Positions 11,893 through 20,031 of a stretch of DNA of 48,946 nucleotides are shown one piece after another; positions within the stretch are counted from its first letter, which is position 1, and every line of letters begins with the position of its first letter. Both the position numbers and the translations under genes were made by a program. This stretch comes from Anaerolineales bacterium (lineage in GTDB: Bacteria; Chloroflexota; Anaerolineae; Caldilineales; Caldilineaceae): the NCBI GenBank assembly GCA_034428255.1, contig DAOUIC010000080.1, positions 1-48,946 on the forward strand. The letters run 5' to 3'. A model generated the notes under the pieces. It had not been told where the DNA came from. It worked only from the letters and a program-made list of their open reading frames with translations, and did not search any database.

Positions 11893-13251
11893 ATGACCTG
11901 CAAGTACGCATCGCACCCGGACCGGTCCGCGCCTCGCGGGCCGCGCGCGGCCGGGATTGGCCGTTGGGTGCACATCGCAATTCTGGTTGTGGGCGCGTGG
12001 TTGAGTGCGGGATGCCTGCCGAGACTGCCTCCCTTTCCGGACCTGCCGATCGTTCCGCCTCGTCCCGATGCAGGAGTCGAAGAAGAGGAACCACTGGCCG
12101 CGCCGGTGACCGAACCGGCGGGTTACGTGCTTTTTTTGGGCACGGATCGGACCGCAACCTTTGGACCGTGGCGTACCGACACCCTAATTCTGGCTTCCGT
12201 CCAACCCGACCACATTGTCCTCATTTCCATCCCGCGGGACCTGCATGTGCAGTTGCCCGGCTATGGCTCCTTGCGCATCAACCAGTTGGACTATCTGGGC
12301 GAGCGGCAGGAATTGGGCATGGGACCCGTGTACATCGCCAATGTCCTGGACGACCTCATGGGCATTCGGGTGGACCACTGGGTGCGGTTTCACATGCACG
12401 GCATGGAGCCGTTGTTCGAGCTGATCGGCACACTGCGCATGGAGTTGCACTGTCCATTCTACGAACGGGTCTGGGATGCCAACACCGCTCGCATGGAATG
12501 GTTGTTCATTCCGTCGGGCATTGTCGACATGGATGCCAACACGGCCTACCTGTACGCCCGGCTGCGCGGCTTTAGCAGCGACTTCGGCCGGATCGCCCGT
12601 CAACGGGCCTTGTTGTGGGCCTTGAGGGAACAGTTGGATTCGGTGAAGGCCTTGCAGCTTTTGCCCTTGGCACTGTCGCTGCTTAGGGACGATCTTTCGA
12701 CCGACTTGTCGTTAGGCGAGCTTGTCCAACTGGTCCAGGTTGGCATGACCCGCCCCAGAGATTCGATCCTGGCGTTGTCCATCGACCGGCGCTTCGTGGT
12801 CGACCACGTTGCGGCCGGGGGAGCAGAAGTGCAGGTGCTGCGCGACCCCGCGGTTTTGCGCGACGTAGCCGCCCAACCCATTCCCTGGGCGGAGCCCATG
12901 GGTCTGCAGGACACGGCGGAGTGTCCCGTTCCACAGCTGTCCGACGACGAACATCAACGTATCGCGCGGCTTGACAATGTTGTCCCGTCCCACATTCCGG
13001 CAGGCCGCACACTGCAAATTGCGGGTTCCGGAGGCGCGATGGTTGCCCTCCGGGAACGCCCGGACCAAAGCAGTGGGGCCATGGCATGGCTGCCCCCGGG
13101 GACCCTGGTCACGAGCGCAAGTGAATCCGACGGTTTGCCGGTTTCCGACGGGGGCCGCCGGTGGCACGCCGTCACCACGGTTGATCAGCGCCACGGTTGG
13201 ATAAGCGACCTCTACCTGAGAATGCTGCCGCGCGACGAGAGGGTCGGCTGA
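11893..13251 (+). CDS. LCP family ligase, copy 2, with a C-terminal SH3b-like domain
   Basis: LCP motifs YVLFLGTDRTATFGPWRTDTLILASV, LISIPRDLHV, DANTAYLYARLRG, DFGRIARQRALLWAL. The C-terminus LQIAGSGGAMVALRERPDQSSGAMAWLPPGTLV...RWHAVTTVDQRHGWISDLYL resembles bacterial SH3. I preferred ATG 11893 over the overlapping GTG 11842. Confidence 0.8.
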   Translation: MTCKYASHPDRSAPRGPRAAGIGRWVHIAILVVGAWLSAGCLPRLPPFPDLPIVPPRPDAGVEEEEPLAAPVTEPAGYVLFLGTDRTATFGPWRTDTLILASVQPDHIVLISIPRDLHVQLPGYGSLRINQLDYLGERQELGMGPVYIANVLDDLMGIRVDHWVRFHMHGMEPLFELIGTLRMELHCPFYERVWDANTARMEWLFIPSGIVDMDANTAYLYARLRGFSSDFGRIARQRALLWALREQLDSVKALQLLPLALSLLRDDLSTDLSLGELVQLVQVGMTRPRDSILALSIDRRFVVDHVAAGGAEVQVLRDPAVLRDVAAQPIPWAEPMGLQDTAECPVPQLSDDEHQRIARLDNVVPSHIPAGRTLQIAGSGGAMVALRERPDQSSGAMAWLPPGTLVTSASESDGLPVSDGGRRWHAVTTVDQRHGWISDLYLRMLPRDERVG

Positions 13252-13258
13252 CCGCGGA

Positions 13259-14041
13259 TCAAGGCAGGTTGGCGACGATTTTCTTTACATAATTCAGGGA
13301 CGCTTCCAGCCACATGCGCTGCCCAAACACCTCAAGTGTCACAGTACCGTCATAGTTGAAGTTCCGCAGCTTGCGGAATTCCTGCTGAACATTCAAGCCT
13401 CCCGATTTTGGCGCGCCGGGAGGAAGGTGGCTGTCCTCCAGGCCGTTGTTGTCGCTGAGGTGGACATGGACCAAGCGGTCCCGCAGGTCGAACAGGTAGT
13501 CTTCTGTCAACGGTCTTTGGGTTTGGACATTCCCGTGGCCGATGTCGTACAGCAAGCCAAGTCCCGGCACTCGGTGCAGGATTTCGCGCAACGGCTTCAG
13601 TTGGTGTTCGTTGCGGGGACTGTTCTCAATCGCGATGCGCACCCCCTTGTCCCTGCCGTGGGTGGTTAAGGCGGACAGGCCCTCCACATACATCGCCACA
13701 CCGTCCTCAAAGGGCACGAAACTGTCCCAGCGCAGAAAGTGCATAGTGCACACCTGGGCACCCATGAACGAGGCAATGTCGACACTGGACCTGAGCTCCT
13801 TCCAGGCCGCCTGCCGCACGTGCCGGGACGGATTGGCAACGGGCAAATAGGGGCCGGTGTGGCCGACCACTCCAAGTCCGCTGTCGTTCAACATCTGTTT
13901 CAGTTGGGGCCAGTCGTCCCGGTGGGGACCCGCCGCCGGTTCCTCCACGGTCAGGTCAAGGAAGTCGAAACCCATATGGGCAAACAACTCGATTTGCGGC
14001 CCGAGGGGTTCAACCGGGTTGTTCATCGCTCCGAACTTCAT
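13259..14041 (-). CDS. Sugar phosphate isomerase/epimerase (xylose-isomerase-like TIM barrel)
   Basis: MKFGAMNNP...GFDFLDL...HTGPYL...IAIEN...YDIGHGNV...VHVHLSDNNG is typical of the AP-endonuclease-2/xylose-isomerase-like TIM barrel family. ATG 14041 is preceded by GGAGGA at 7 nt and overlaps the upstream stop (ATGA). Confidence 0.85.
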   Translation of the reverse strand: MKFGAMNNPVEPLGPQIELFAHMGFDFLDLTVEEPAAGPHRDDWPQLKQMLNDSGLGVVGHTGPYLPVANPSRHVRQAAWKELRSSVDIASFMGAQVCTMHFLRWDSFVPFEDGVAMYVEGLSALTTHGRDKGVRIAIENSPRNEHQLKPLREILHRVPGLGLLYDIGHGNVQTQRPLTEDYLFDLRDRLVHVHLSDNNGLEDSHLPPGAPKSGGLNVQQEFRKLRNFNYDGTVTLEVFGQRMWLEASLNYVKKIVANLP

Positions 14042-14700
14042 CGTTGGTTCCTCCATTCAAGATGGTCGACCGTCCGCGGACGGCTGGCAATCGCCGCAAT
14101 GATTAGCACTGCCAACCCAAGTGCCATTCCATAGAAGCCGGGACCGGGCTGCAACGGCTGCCGGTACAATCTTGCGAATTCAGGCAGGTAGGCCACCAGG
14201 AACGCGGCATGGGCCGTGGCGGCGGCCAGTGCCGCAGGGGGAAGCCACCAACGGGCCAGTGCCGTCAAGGGCGGTGCAGTGAGCGGTGCCAACAGCGCGC
14301 ATCCAGTGCAGAAGGCGAATCCGGCCGTCTGCAGCAGATTGGATGTCCAGAGAAGGTTGGCAGGTTTCCAGTCCAGCGGCAGGATTTGCAGGGCGACATA
14401 CAGCGATGCGATCCACAAGGTTAGGCGCACACTCCAGACGACGGCGCGGTGCCATTGGCCGGGCGCGTCCGCGAACCAGCCCAATTGGCTGAGGGTCAGG
14501 CTGGCTGTCGCCAGCGGCAGGACAAAGAATACGGGATTTTGCCAGGGCCACGGTATCTGCGCGCCGGTGAACAGCTTGCAGAAGGTCAGCAGGTCCACGC
14601 CAAGCACCTTGAGGCCCGCCACCGGGTGAGGTACCCAGACGGAGAGGTAACCCAAGGCCACCAGGAGTGCCGCGGCAGGAATCAACAAGCGGACGGCCAT
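14038..14700 (-). CDS. Polytopic membrane protein, function unknown
   Basis: 219 aa with about 6 hydrophobic helices and coding-like composition. It is translationally coupled to the downstream isomerase and lies within the envelope-glycan cluster. I recognised no family. Confidence 0.6.
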   Translation of the reverse strand: MAVRLLIPAAALLVALGYLSVWVPHPVAGLKVLGVDLLTFCKLFTGAQIPWPWQNPVFFVLPLATASLTLSQLGWFADAPGQWHRAVVWSVRLTLWIASLYVALQILPLDWKPANLLWTSNLLQTAGFAFCTGCALLAPLTAPPLTALARWWLPPAALAAATAHAAFLVAYLPEFARLYRQPLQPGPGFYGMALGLAVLIIAAIASRPRTVDHLEWRNQR

Positions 14701-14777
14701 GTCAAGTACCTGGGTGCGCCCCGCTGAACCTTGGCCATTGGACCTTCACGCGAGGCAGGCAAACGCGGTTCGGTGAT

Positions 14778-15959
14778 CTATGTCCGGATTTGGGCCCAGG
14801 CACGGCGATAGGCCTGCCACAGCTTACGGGCGCTTTGCTCGAACGTGAAGCAGGACGCGTGTCTGAAGCCGTTGCGCCGGAGTTCCTGGCGCAGCGCACT
14901 GTCTTCCAACAGGCGTTTCAGTCCGGCTGCAATGGCGTGTTCATCATGTTCGTCCACGTACAAGGCGCCCGACCCGCCGGCCTCCGCCAGACTGGAGTTG
15001 AGACCGGTCAATACCGGTGCACCACAGGCCATCGCTTCCAGTACAGGTAGTCCGAAACCTTCATACAGGGAAGGATAGGCAACACATTCCGAGGAACTGT
15101 ACAGGGCAGGCAGGTCACAATCCGCCACGAACCCCGGGAACAGTACCTTGTTCTCCAAGCCGGTCTCGGCCACCGCATCGAAAATGCCCTGCGACCGCCA
15201 ACCGCGCCCGCCGCCGATGACCAGGATCAGCTCCGGATGGTTGTCCGCAAGTGCCTGGAAGGCCTTGATGAGACGGGCAAAATTTTTCCGTGGTTGGAGG
15301 GTGGATACTCCCAAAATGAAGGGCCTGCCGCCTATTCCGTATTTGCGGCGCACGGATGCCAACACGCTGCGCTCCTTGACGGGCCGGAACAAGGAGTTGT
15401 CCACGGCGCCGGGCACCACCGAAATCCGGTGCTCGGACACCGACCAGAATTCCTGAAGGTCGCGAGCCGTGCTGTGGCTGTCGGCGATCAGGTGATGGGC
15501 CCTCCGCACGCTGCGCGGAACCACCTGATGCAGGTATCTGGTCAGAGAAGCCGGCAACGTGTCCGGGAATCTTCGAAATGACAGATCGTGGACGGTCAGG
15601 ATTTGGCACGGGGCTCCGGAAGGCGGCAGCACAAAGTCCGTGGCGTGAAAAATATGGGGTTTGACCGGTGTGCACCACTCAACGCGGGGCCACGGACTTC
15701 CGGCGCGGTGCCACAACCGCACCATGTCCCGTTCCCTCAAGGGCGAGTACCAGATTGGGTTGCCGTGGACGTGCCGCAGATCCGGCCGCGGACGACCGTT
15801 GGACCATAGCCATATGCGATGCTCCGGTTCGGCCCAGGGCAAGTGTTCGACCAAGCCGCGCGTGAGGCGGCCAATTCCGGCCTGCTGACGCACGGCCGGG
15901 GTGTAGTCAATCAGGATGTGCACGGGGTGCTCCGTCCCTGGCTGCGGCGGGTGTGGCAA
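14778..15959 (-). CDS. Glycosyltransferase, GT4 / group 1 family
   Basis: C-terminal GT-B signature: FILGVSTLQPRKNFARLIKAF...LVIGGGRGW...LFPGFV...LYSSSECVAYPSLYEGFGLPVLEAMACGAPVLT. The start is uncertain (TTG 15959 or GTG 15923). Both overlap the GtrA stop. Confidence 0.85.
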   Translation of the reverse strand: MPHPPQPGTEHPVHILIDYTPAVRQQAGIGRLTRGLVEHLPWAEPEHRIWLWSNGRPRPDLRHVHGNPIWYSPLRERDMVRLWHRAGSPWPRVEWCTPVKPHIFHATDFVLPPSGAPCQILTVHDLSFRRFPDTLPASLTRYLHQVVPRSVRRAHHLIADSHSTARDLQEFWSVSEHRISVVPGAVDNSLFRPVKERSVLASVRRKYGIGGRPFILGVSTLQPRKNFARLIKAFQALADNHPELILVIGGGRGWRSQGIFDAVAETGLENKVLFPGFVADCDLPALYSSSECVAYPSLYEGFGLPVLEAMACGAPVLTGLNSSLAEAGGSGALYVDEHDEHAIAAGLKRLLEDSALRQELRRNGFRHASCFTFEQSARKLWQAYRRAWAQIRT

Positions 15960-16434
15960 AGGTCCAAAGCCGATTGCCGGTGAAGTTCCAAATCAACACC
16001 ACGGCAATGCTGGTCAGCTTGGCGGCGTTGTAGCTGACGTCGTAACCCGTACCCGGATCCCCCAGCAGAGCGACCCAGTAGTCCAGGGTCAACCGGTGAA
16101 GGCCAAGCAGGACCAACTGGCTCAGCCCCAGGCCAATCATGCTGATGGCGGTGAACAGACCCAACTGGCGGCCGGCGGTATCCCGGCCCTGGTTGGGAAA
16201 GGTAAATCTCCGGTGCAGCATGAAGTTCTGGGCCACCGCACAGTAAAACCCGGCGGCATTTGCCCAGAACAGAGGAAGCCCCGCCACCTTGTGAAGGAGA
16301 TTCAGAATACCCACATCGGTGATCGTCCCCAAGCCGCCAACGAGCGCGAAGCGCAGGAAGCGGAGGAGTTCCTCTCTGACATGAGGGTCGCGCAACAGGT
16401 CCGCCCGGTACTTCCACATGATCACGGCCGGCAT
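15907..16434 (-). CDS. GtrA-family membrane protein (polysaccharide synthesis/translocation associated)
   Basis: LRFLRFALVGGLGTITDVGILNLL...NFMLHRRFTF...VIWNFTGNRLWTF matches the 4-TM GtrA pattern. The start is uncertain (ATG 16434, ATG 16419 or TTG 16470). Confidence 0.75.
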   Translation of the reverse strand: MPAVIMWKYRADLLRDPHVREELLRFLRFALVGGLGTITDVGILNLLHKVAGLPLFWANAAGFYCAVAQNFMLHRRFTFPNQGRDTAGRQLGLFTAISMIGLGLSQLVLLGLHRLTLDYWVALLGDPGTGYDVSYNAAKLTSIAVVLIWNFTGNRLWTFATPAAARDGAPRAHPD

Positions 16435-16483
16435 CGGCACAGGAAAACAGATGCCGCGCGTCTCGTCCAAGTGGCCAGGAGGA

Positions 16484-16570
<87 letters not shown>

Positions 16571-16615
16571 GCGACTTCCGCCGGACAGCATCGAAGGCCT
16601 CCGCCGGAACGCGGA

Positions 16616-17708
16616 TTATAGCCCTATCTGGTGCTTGAGCCACTCTTCCATGAACCTGTCCAAATCCCCGTCGAGCACCGCTCCGGTGTTGCCGGTCTCC
16701 ACCTGGGTGCGGAGGTCCTTGACCAAGTTGTATGGATGAAGGACATAGTTGCGAATCTGGGTGCCGAAATCGGCTTGGACGTTTTCGCCCTTGAGCCTGG
16801 CCCTTTCCCGATCAATCTTCTCCTGCTCCATGGCGTGCAGTTTGCCCCGCAGCACCTTGAGTGCCTGTTCCTTGTTTTGGGTCAGGCTCCTTTCGTTCTG
16901 GCAGGACACGACGATGCCGGTGGGTTTGTGCGTGATACGGCAGGCCGTGTCGTTCTTCTGCATGTGCTGGCCGCCGGCACCGCTGCTGCGGAACGTGTCG
17001 ATGAGGAGGTCGGCCGGTTTGATGTCAATCTCGATGTCGGTGTCGAGGGATGGGATGACCTCCACTTTGGCGAAGCTGGTGTGCCTGCGGTTCCCGGCGT
17101 CGAACGGACTGATGCGCACGAGCCGGTGGGTGCCGCGTTCGGCTTGCAGGTAGCCATAGGCATAATCGCCCTTGACTTCCAGGGTCACACTCTTGACCCC
17201 TGCCGCTTCCCCGTCCGTCCTATCCACAATCGCGTGGTTGAAGGCGCGGCGGTCGCACCAGCGGAGATACATGCGCATCAGCATGTCGGCCCAATCCTGG
17301 GCTTCCGTGCCGCCTGCGCCGGCGTGGATGGAGACCAGAGCATCACCGGCATCGTATTGGCCTCCCAGCGATAGCAGGAACTCCTGGTGTTCGAAGGCGT
17401 CGCCGGCGTCGGCCAGTTCCTCGTCAAGTTCCGCCAGCAGCTCGGGATCGTCCGCGGCCAACTCGGCCAGTTCGATCACTTCGGTCACCTGTTGGCGCAG
17501 GCTGTCCCAACCTTCGACCGTCTTGCGCAGGCTGTCCAGTTCCCGCGACTTGACCCTTGCCTTGGCCTGGTTGTTCCAGAATCCCGGCAGCGCGGCTTCG
17601 TGTTCCAGTTCGTCGATACGCGCCTGTTTGCCGGGCAGGTCAAAGCCGCCCCCTGATCACATCGATGCGGGCTTGCAGGGCCTGGGCGCTGGCTGCGGTC
17701 TGGCTCAT
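16616..17708 (-). CDS. prfB: Peptide chain release factor 2, expressed through a programmed +1 frameshift
   Basis: Frame 0 from ATG 17708 encodes [22 protein letters not shown] and then hits TGA (17642-17640). The +1 frame continues [25 protein letters not shown]... into ORF 16616..17488, which carries the SPF (RISPFD) and GGQ ([10 protein letters not shown]) motifs. Confidence 0.93.
17639..17654 (-). other. prfB +1 recoding site: AGGGGG CGG CTT TGA C
   Basis: An internal SD-like AGGGGG lies 3 nt before the CTT-TGA-C shift site. The layout is the same as the E. coli prfB site AGGGGGUAUCUUUGAC. Confidence 0.9.
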
Positions 17709-17738
17709 GGAGGCGATGTCCGAAAGTGGAGGCAGCAA

Positions 17739-18683
17739 TCAGACCTGTTCGAACAGGCCGGCTGCAAATGCCGCGGGATCAAATCGTAACAAATCGTCGA
17801 GGCCCTCGCCCACCCCGGCAAACCGTACCGGGACGCCGAGTGTGTCCCTGATGCCGATGATCGCTCCCCCCTTGCTGGATCCGTCCAACTTGGTCACCAC
17901 GATGCCTGTGACACCCGCCGCGGCCATAAACTGGCGAGCCTGCTCCAACGCGTTCTGACCAGCGGTGGCATCCAGCACCAAGAGGACTTCGTGGGGTGCG
18001 CCGTGGACCCGTCGGTTGGCCACCTTGCGCATTTTCTGAAGTTCTCGCATAAGGTTTTGGCGCGTGTGTAGCCGGCCTGCGGTGTCCACTAGGACCATGT
18101 CCGCCTGCCGACTTTCCTGGCTCGCCCTGATGGCATCGTAGACCACAGCCCCAGGATCCGATCCCTGCTGCTGCGCGATCAAATCCACCCCCGCCCGTTG
18201 GCACCAGATCCTCAACTGGTCGATCGCGGCCGCTCGGTAGGTATCCGCGGCGGCCACCACCACCCGCTTGCCTTGTTTGCGGTAGTAGTTGGCCAGCTTG
18301 CCGATGGTGGTGGTTTTGCCGGCCCCGTTGATACCAATCACGAAAGCCACCGTGAGCAGGCGCGGGCGCTCCAGTTCAAACGGTTCGGTGGACGTCATCC
18401 TGGTTTGAATCTGGCGCTGCAGGATGCGGTATGCACTGTCCGCAGACACATCCCGTTCCTGCGCCAGGGCATCCCGCGTGTCGGCAATCAACCCCTCCGC
18501 CACGTGGAGGCCGGCATCGCCCATCACCAAGTATTCCTCGATTTCCTCCCAGGTGTCGTCCGCGATGGTGCCGGTGCGGAAAGCGGTCCTGATTCTGCTC
18601 AGCCAACCCTGGCGGGTCTTGGCCAGACTGGCGTTGAGGCCGTCCTGGTTCTCATGGCGCGTTTTGCCAAACAGTGGAGACAG
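17739..18683 (-). CDS. ftsY: Signal recognition particle receptor FtsY (NG domain only); inferred CTG start
   Basis: G-domain motifs [31 protein letters not shown]. The conserved N-domain start [28 protein letters not shown]...[11 protein letters not shown] lies upstream of the first canonical start (TTG 18530). The only initiation candidate is CTG 18683, 8 nt after GGGAGG (18697-18692). Confidence 0.8.
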   Translation of the reverse strand: MSPLFGKTRHENQDGLNASLAKTRQGWLSRIRTAFRTGTIADDTWEEIEEYLVMGDAGLHVAEGLIADTRDALAQERDVSADSAYRILQRQIQTRMTSTEPFELERPRLLTVAFVIGINGAGKTTTIGKLANYYRKQGKRVVVAAADTYRAAAIDQLRIWCQRAGVDLIAQQQGSDPGAVVYDAIRASQESRQADMVLVDTAGRLHTRQNLMRELQKMRKVANRRVHGAPHEVLLVLDATAGQNALEQARQFMAAAGVTGIVVTKLDGSSKGGAIIGIRDTLGVPVRFAGVGEGLDDLLRFDPAAFAAGLFEQV

Positions 18684-18904
18684 GGTTTGTACCTCCCTCT
18701 GGGAAGTGGTGGCGTCCGGCCGGCATCGCTGCGACAGGCCATCGGGTAGGACTTCGACTGCTCAAGTATAATCCGCGGCATGCCGGCAAGGTCCGTGCTG
18801 TCCCGCAAACCCGTCTGTCCGGAGGCACCGGCGGCCGCCCGTGCCGGGTTGTGCATGTCTCTGCGGATGTCCTGGCAGTCCGCATCCCATGAGGGAAAGT
18901 TGCC

Positions 18905-20020
18905 GTGTATGTCCATTGTCCCTCGAGCGGCTTCCATACCTCCGCCGATTCGTTTCCGTTGACTTGCCCGTCCACCGGCGGGCCCTTGGAGTTCACGGAT
19001 CTCACACATCTGTCACGGGACCTGATCGACGGGACACTGCCTGGCCAGTGGCGCTACTGGCCTTGGTTGTCGGCGTTGCTGCCCATCGAGAAATTCATCA
19101 CGCTGGGCGAAGGTTGGACTCCATTGCTGGCAGAGGAGTGGCAGGGCCATCGGGTTCTGTGGAAGATGGACTCCCACATGCCCACGGGCAGTTACAAGGA
19201 TCGTGGGGTCAGCGTGATGGTCAACTGGTTCAGGCATTACGGTTTCCGAACGGTCATGGACGATTCGAGCGGCAACGCCGGTGCCAGCCTGGCCTGTTAT
19301 GCAGCCCGTGCCCGACTCCGGTCCCGCATATTCGTGCCGGCCGATGCACCGGCGCCCAAACGCAGTCAAATCGCCACCTACGGTGCCGAGCTGATCGAGG
19401 TTGAGGGGCCCCGGCACTTGGCGGGGGCGGCGGCGGCGGCCGACCAGGACCAGGAAACGGGCTATGCCTCCCACGCCTTGCATCCCTGCTTCCTCCTGGG
19501 ACAGATGACCGTAGCCTTTGAAATTTGGGAGCAACTGGACGGCAACGTACCGGACTGGCTGATTGGCCCGGTCGGCAACGGTGGCCTGCTGCTGGGAGCA
19601 TGGCGGGGGTTTGAACTCCTGGTCGAGTCGGGCCTGGCGGATCGGCTGCCCCGCCTCATGGTCGTCCAAGTTGCCAACTTCGACCCGCTGGCACGAGCCT
19701 TCGAAGCCGATGCGCAGAGTGTCAAGCCGGCCCAACGGGCACCTTCCAGCTCCGTCGCGGACGGGATTTCCATCATCAACCCGGCCCGTGGCGACAGTGT
19801 CCTGCAGGCGGTGTATCGGTCCCATGGAACCGTCAAGGTGGTCAACGACCGCGAAGTCCTTGAGGCACGGGCCAAGATGGCGAGCCGCGGCATTTTCGTC
19901 GAAAATACGAGCGCGACGACATGTGCTGCCTACGCCGGTCACACCTCCGACTTCGAACCCGGCACCACCGTGGTGGGCATCCTCAGCGGTTCGGGCCTGA
20001 AAAATGCTCCTGCGACGTGA
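18905..20020 (+). CDS. thrC: Threonine synthase family PLP-dependent enzyme
   Basis: TLGEGWTPLL..., PTGSYKDRG (PLP-lysine motif), DDSSGNAGASLACYAA, GPVGNGGLLLG. GTG 18905 lies 8 nt after GAGGGA. Confidence 0.8.
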   Translation: MYVHCPSSGFHTSADSFPLTCPSTGGPLEFTDLTHLSRDLIDGTLPGQWRYWPWLSALLPIEKFITLGEGWTPLLAEEWQGHRVLWKMDSHMPTGSYKDRGVSVMVNWFRHYGFRTVMDDSSGNAGASLACYAARARLRSRIFVPADAPAPKRSQIATYGAELIEVEGPRHLAGAAAAADQDQETGYASHALHPCFLLGQMTVAFEIWEQLDGNVPDWLIGPVGNGGLLLGAWRGFELLVESGLADRLPRLMVVQVANFDPLARAFEADAQSVKPAQRAPSSSVADGISIINPARGDSVLQAVYRSHGTVKVVNDREVLEARAKMASRGIFVENTSATTCAAYAGHTSDFEPGTTVVGILSGSGLKNAPAT

Positions 20021-20031
20021 GCCGGTCCGGT

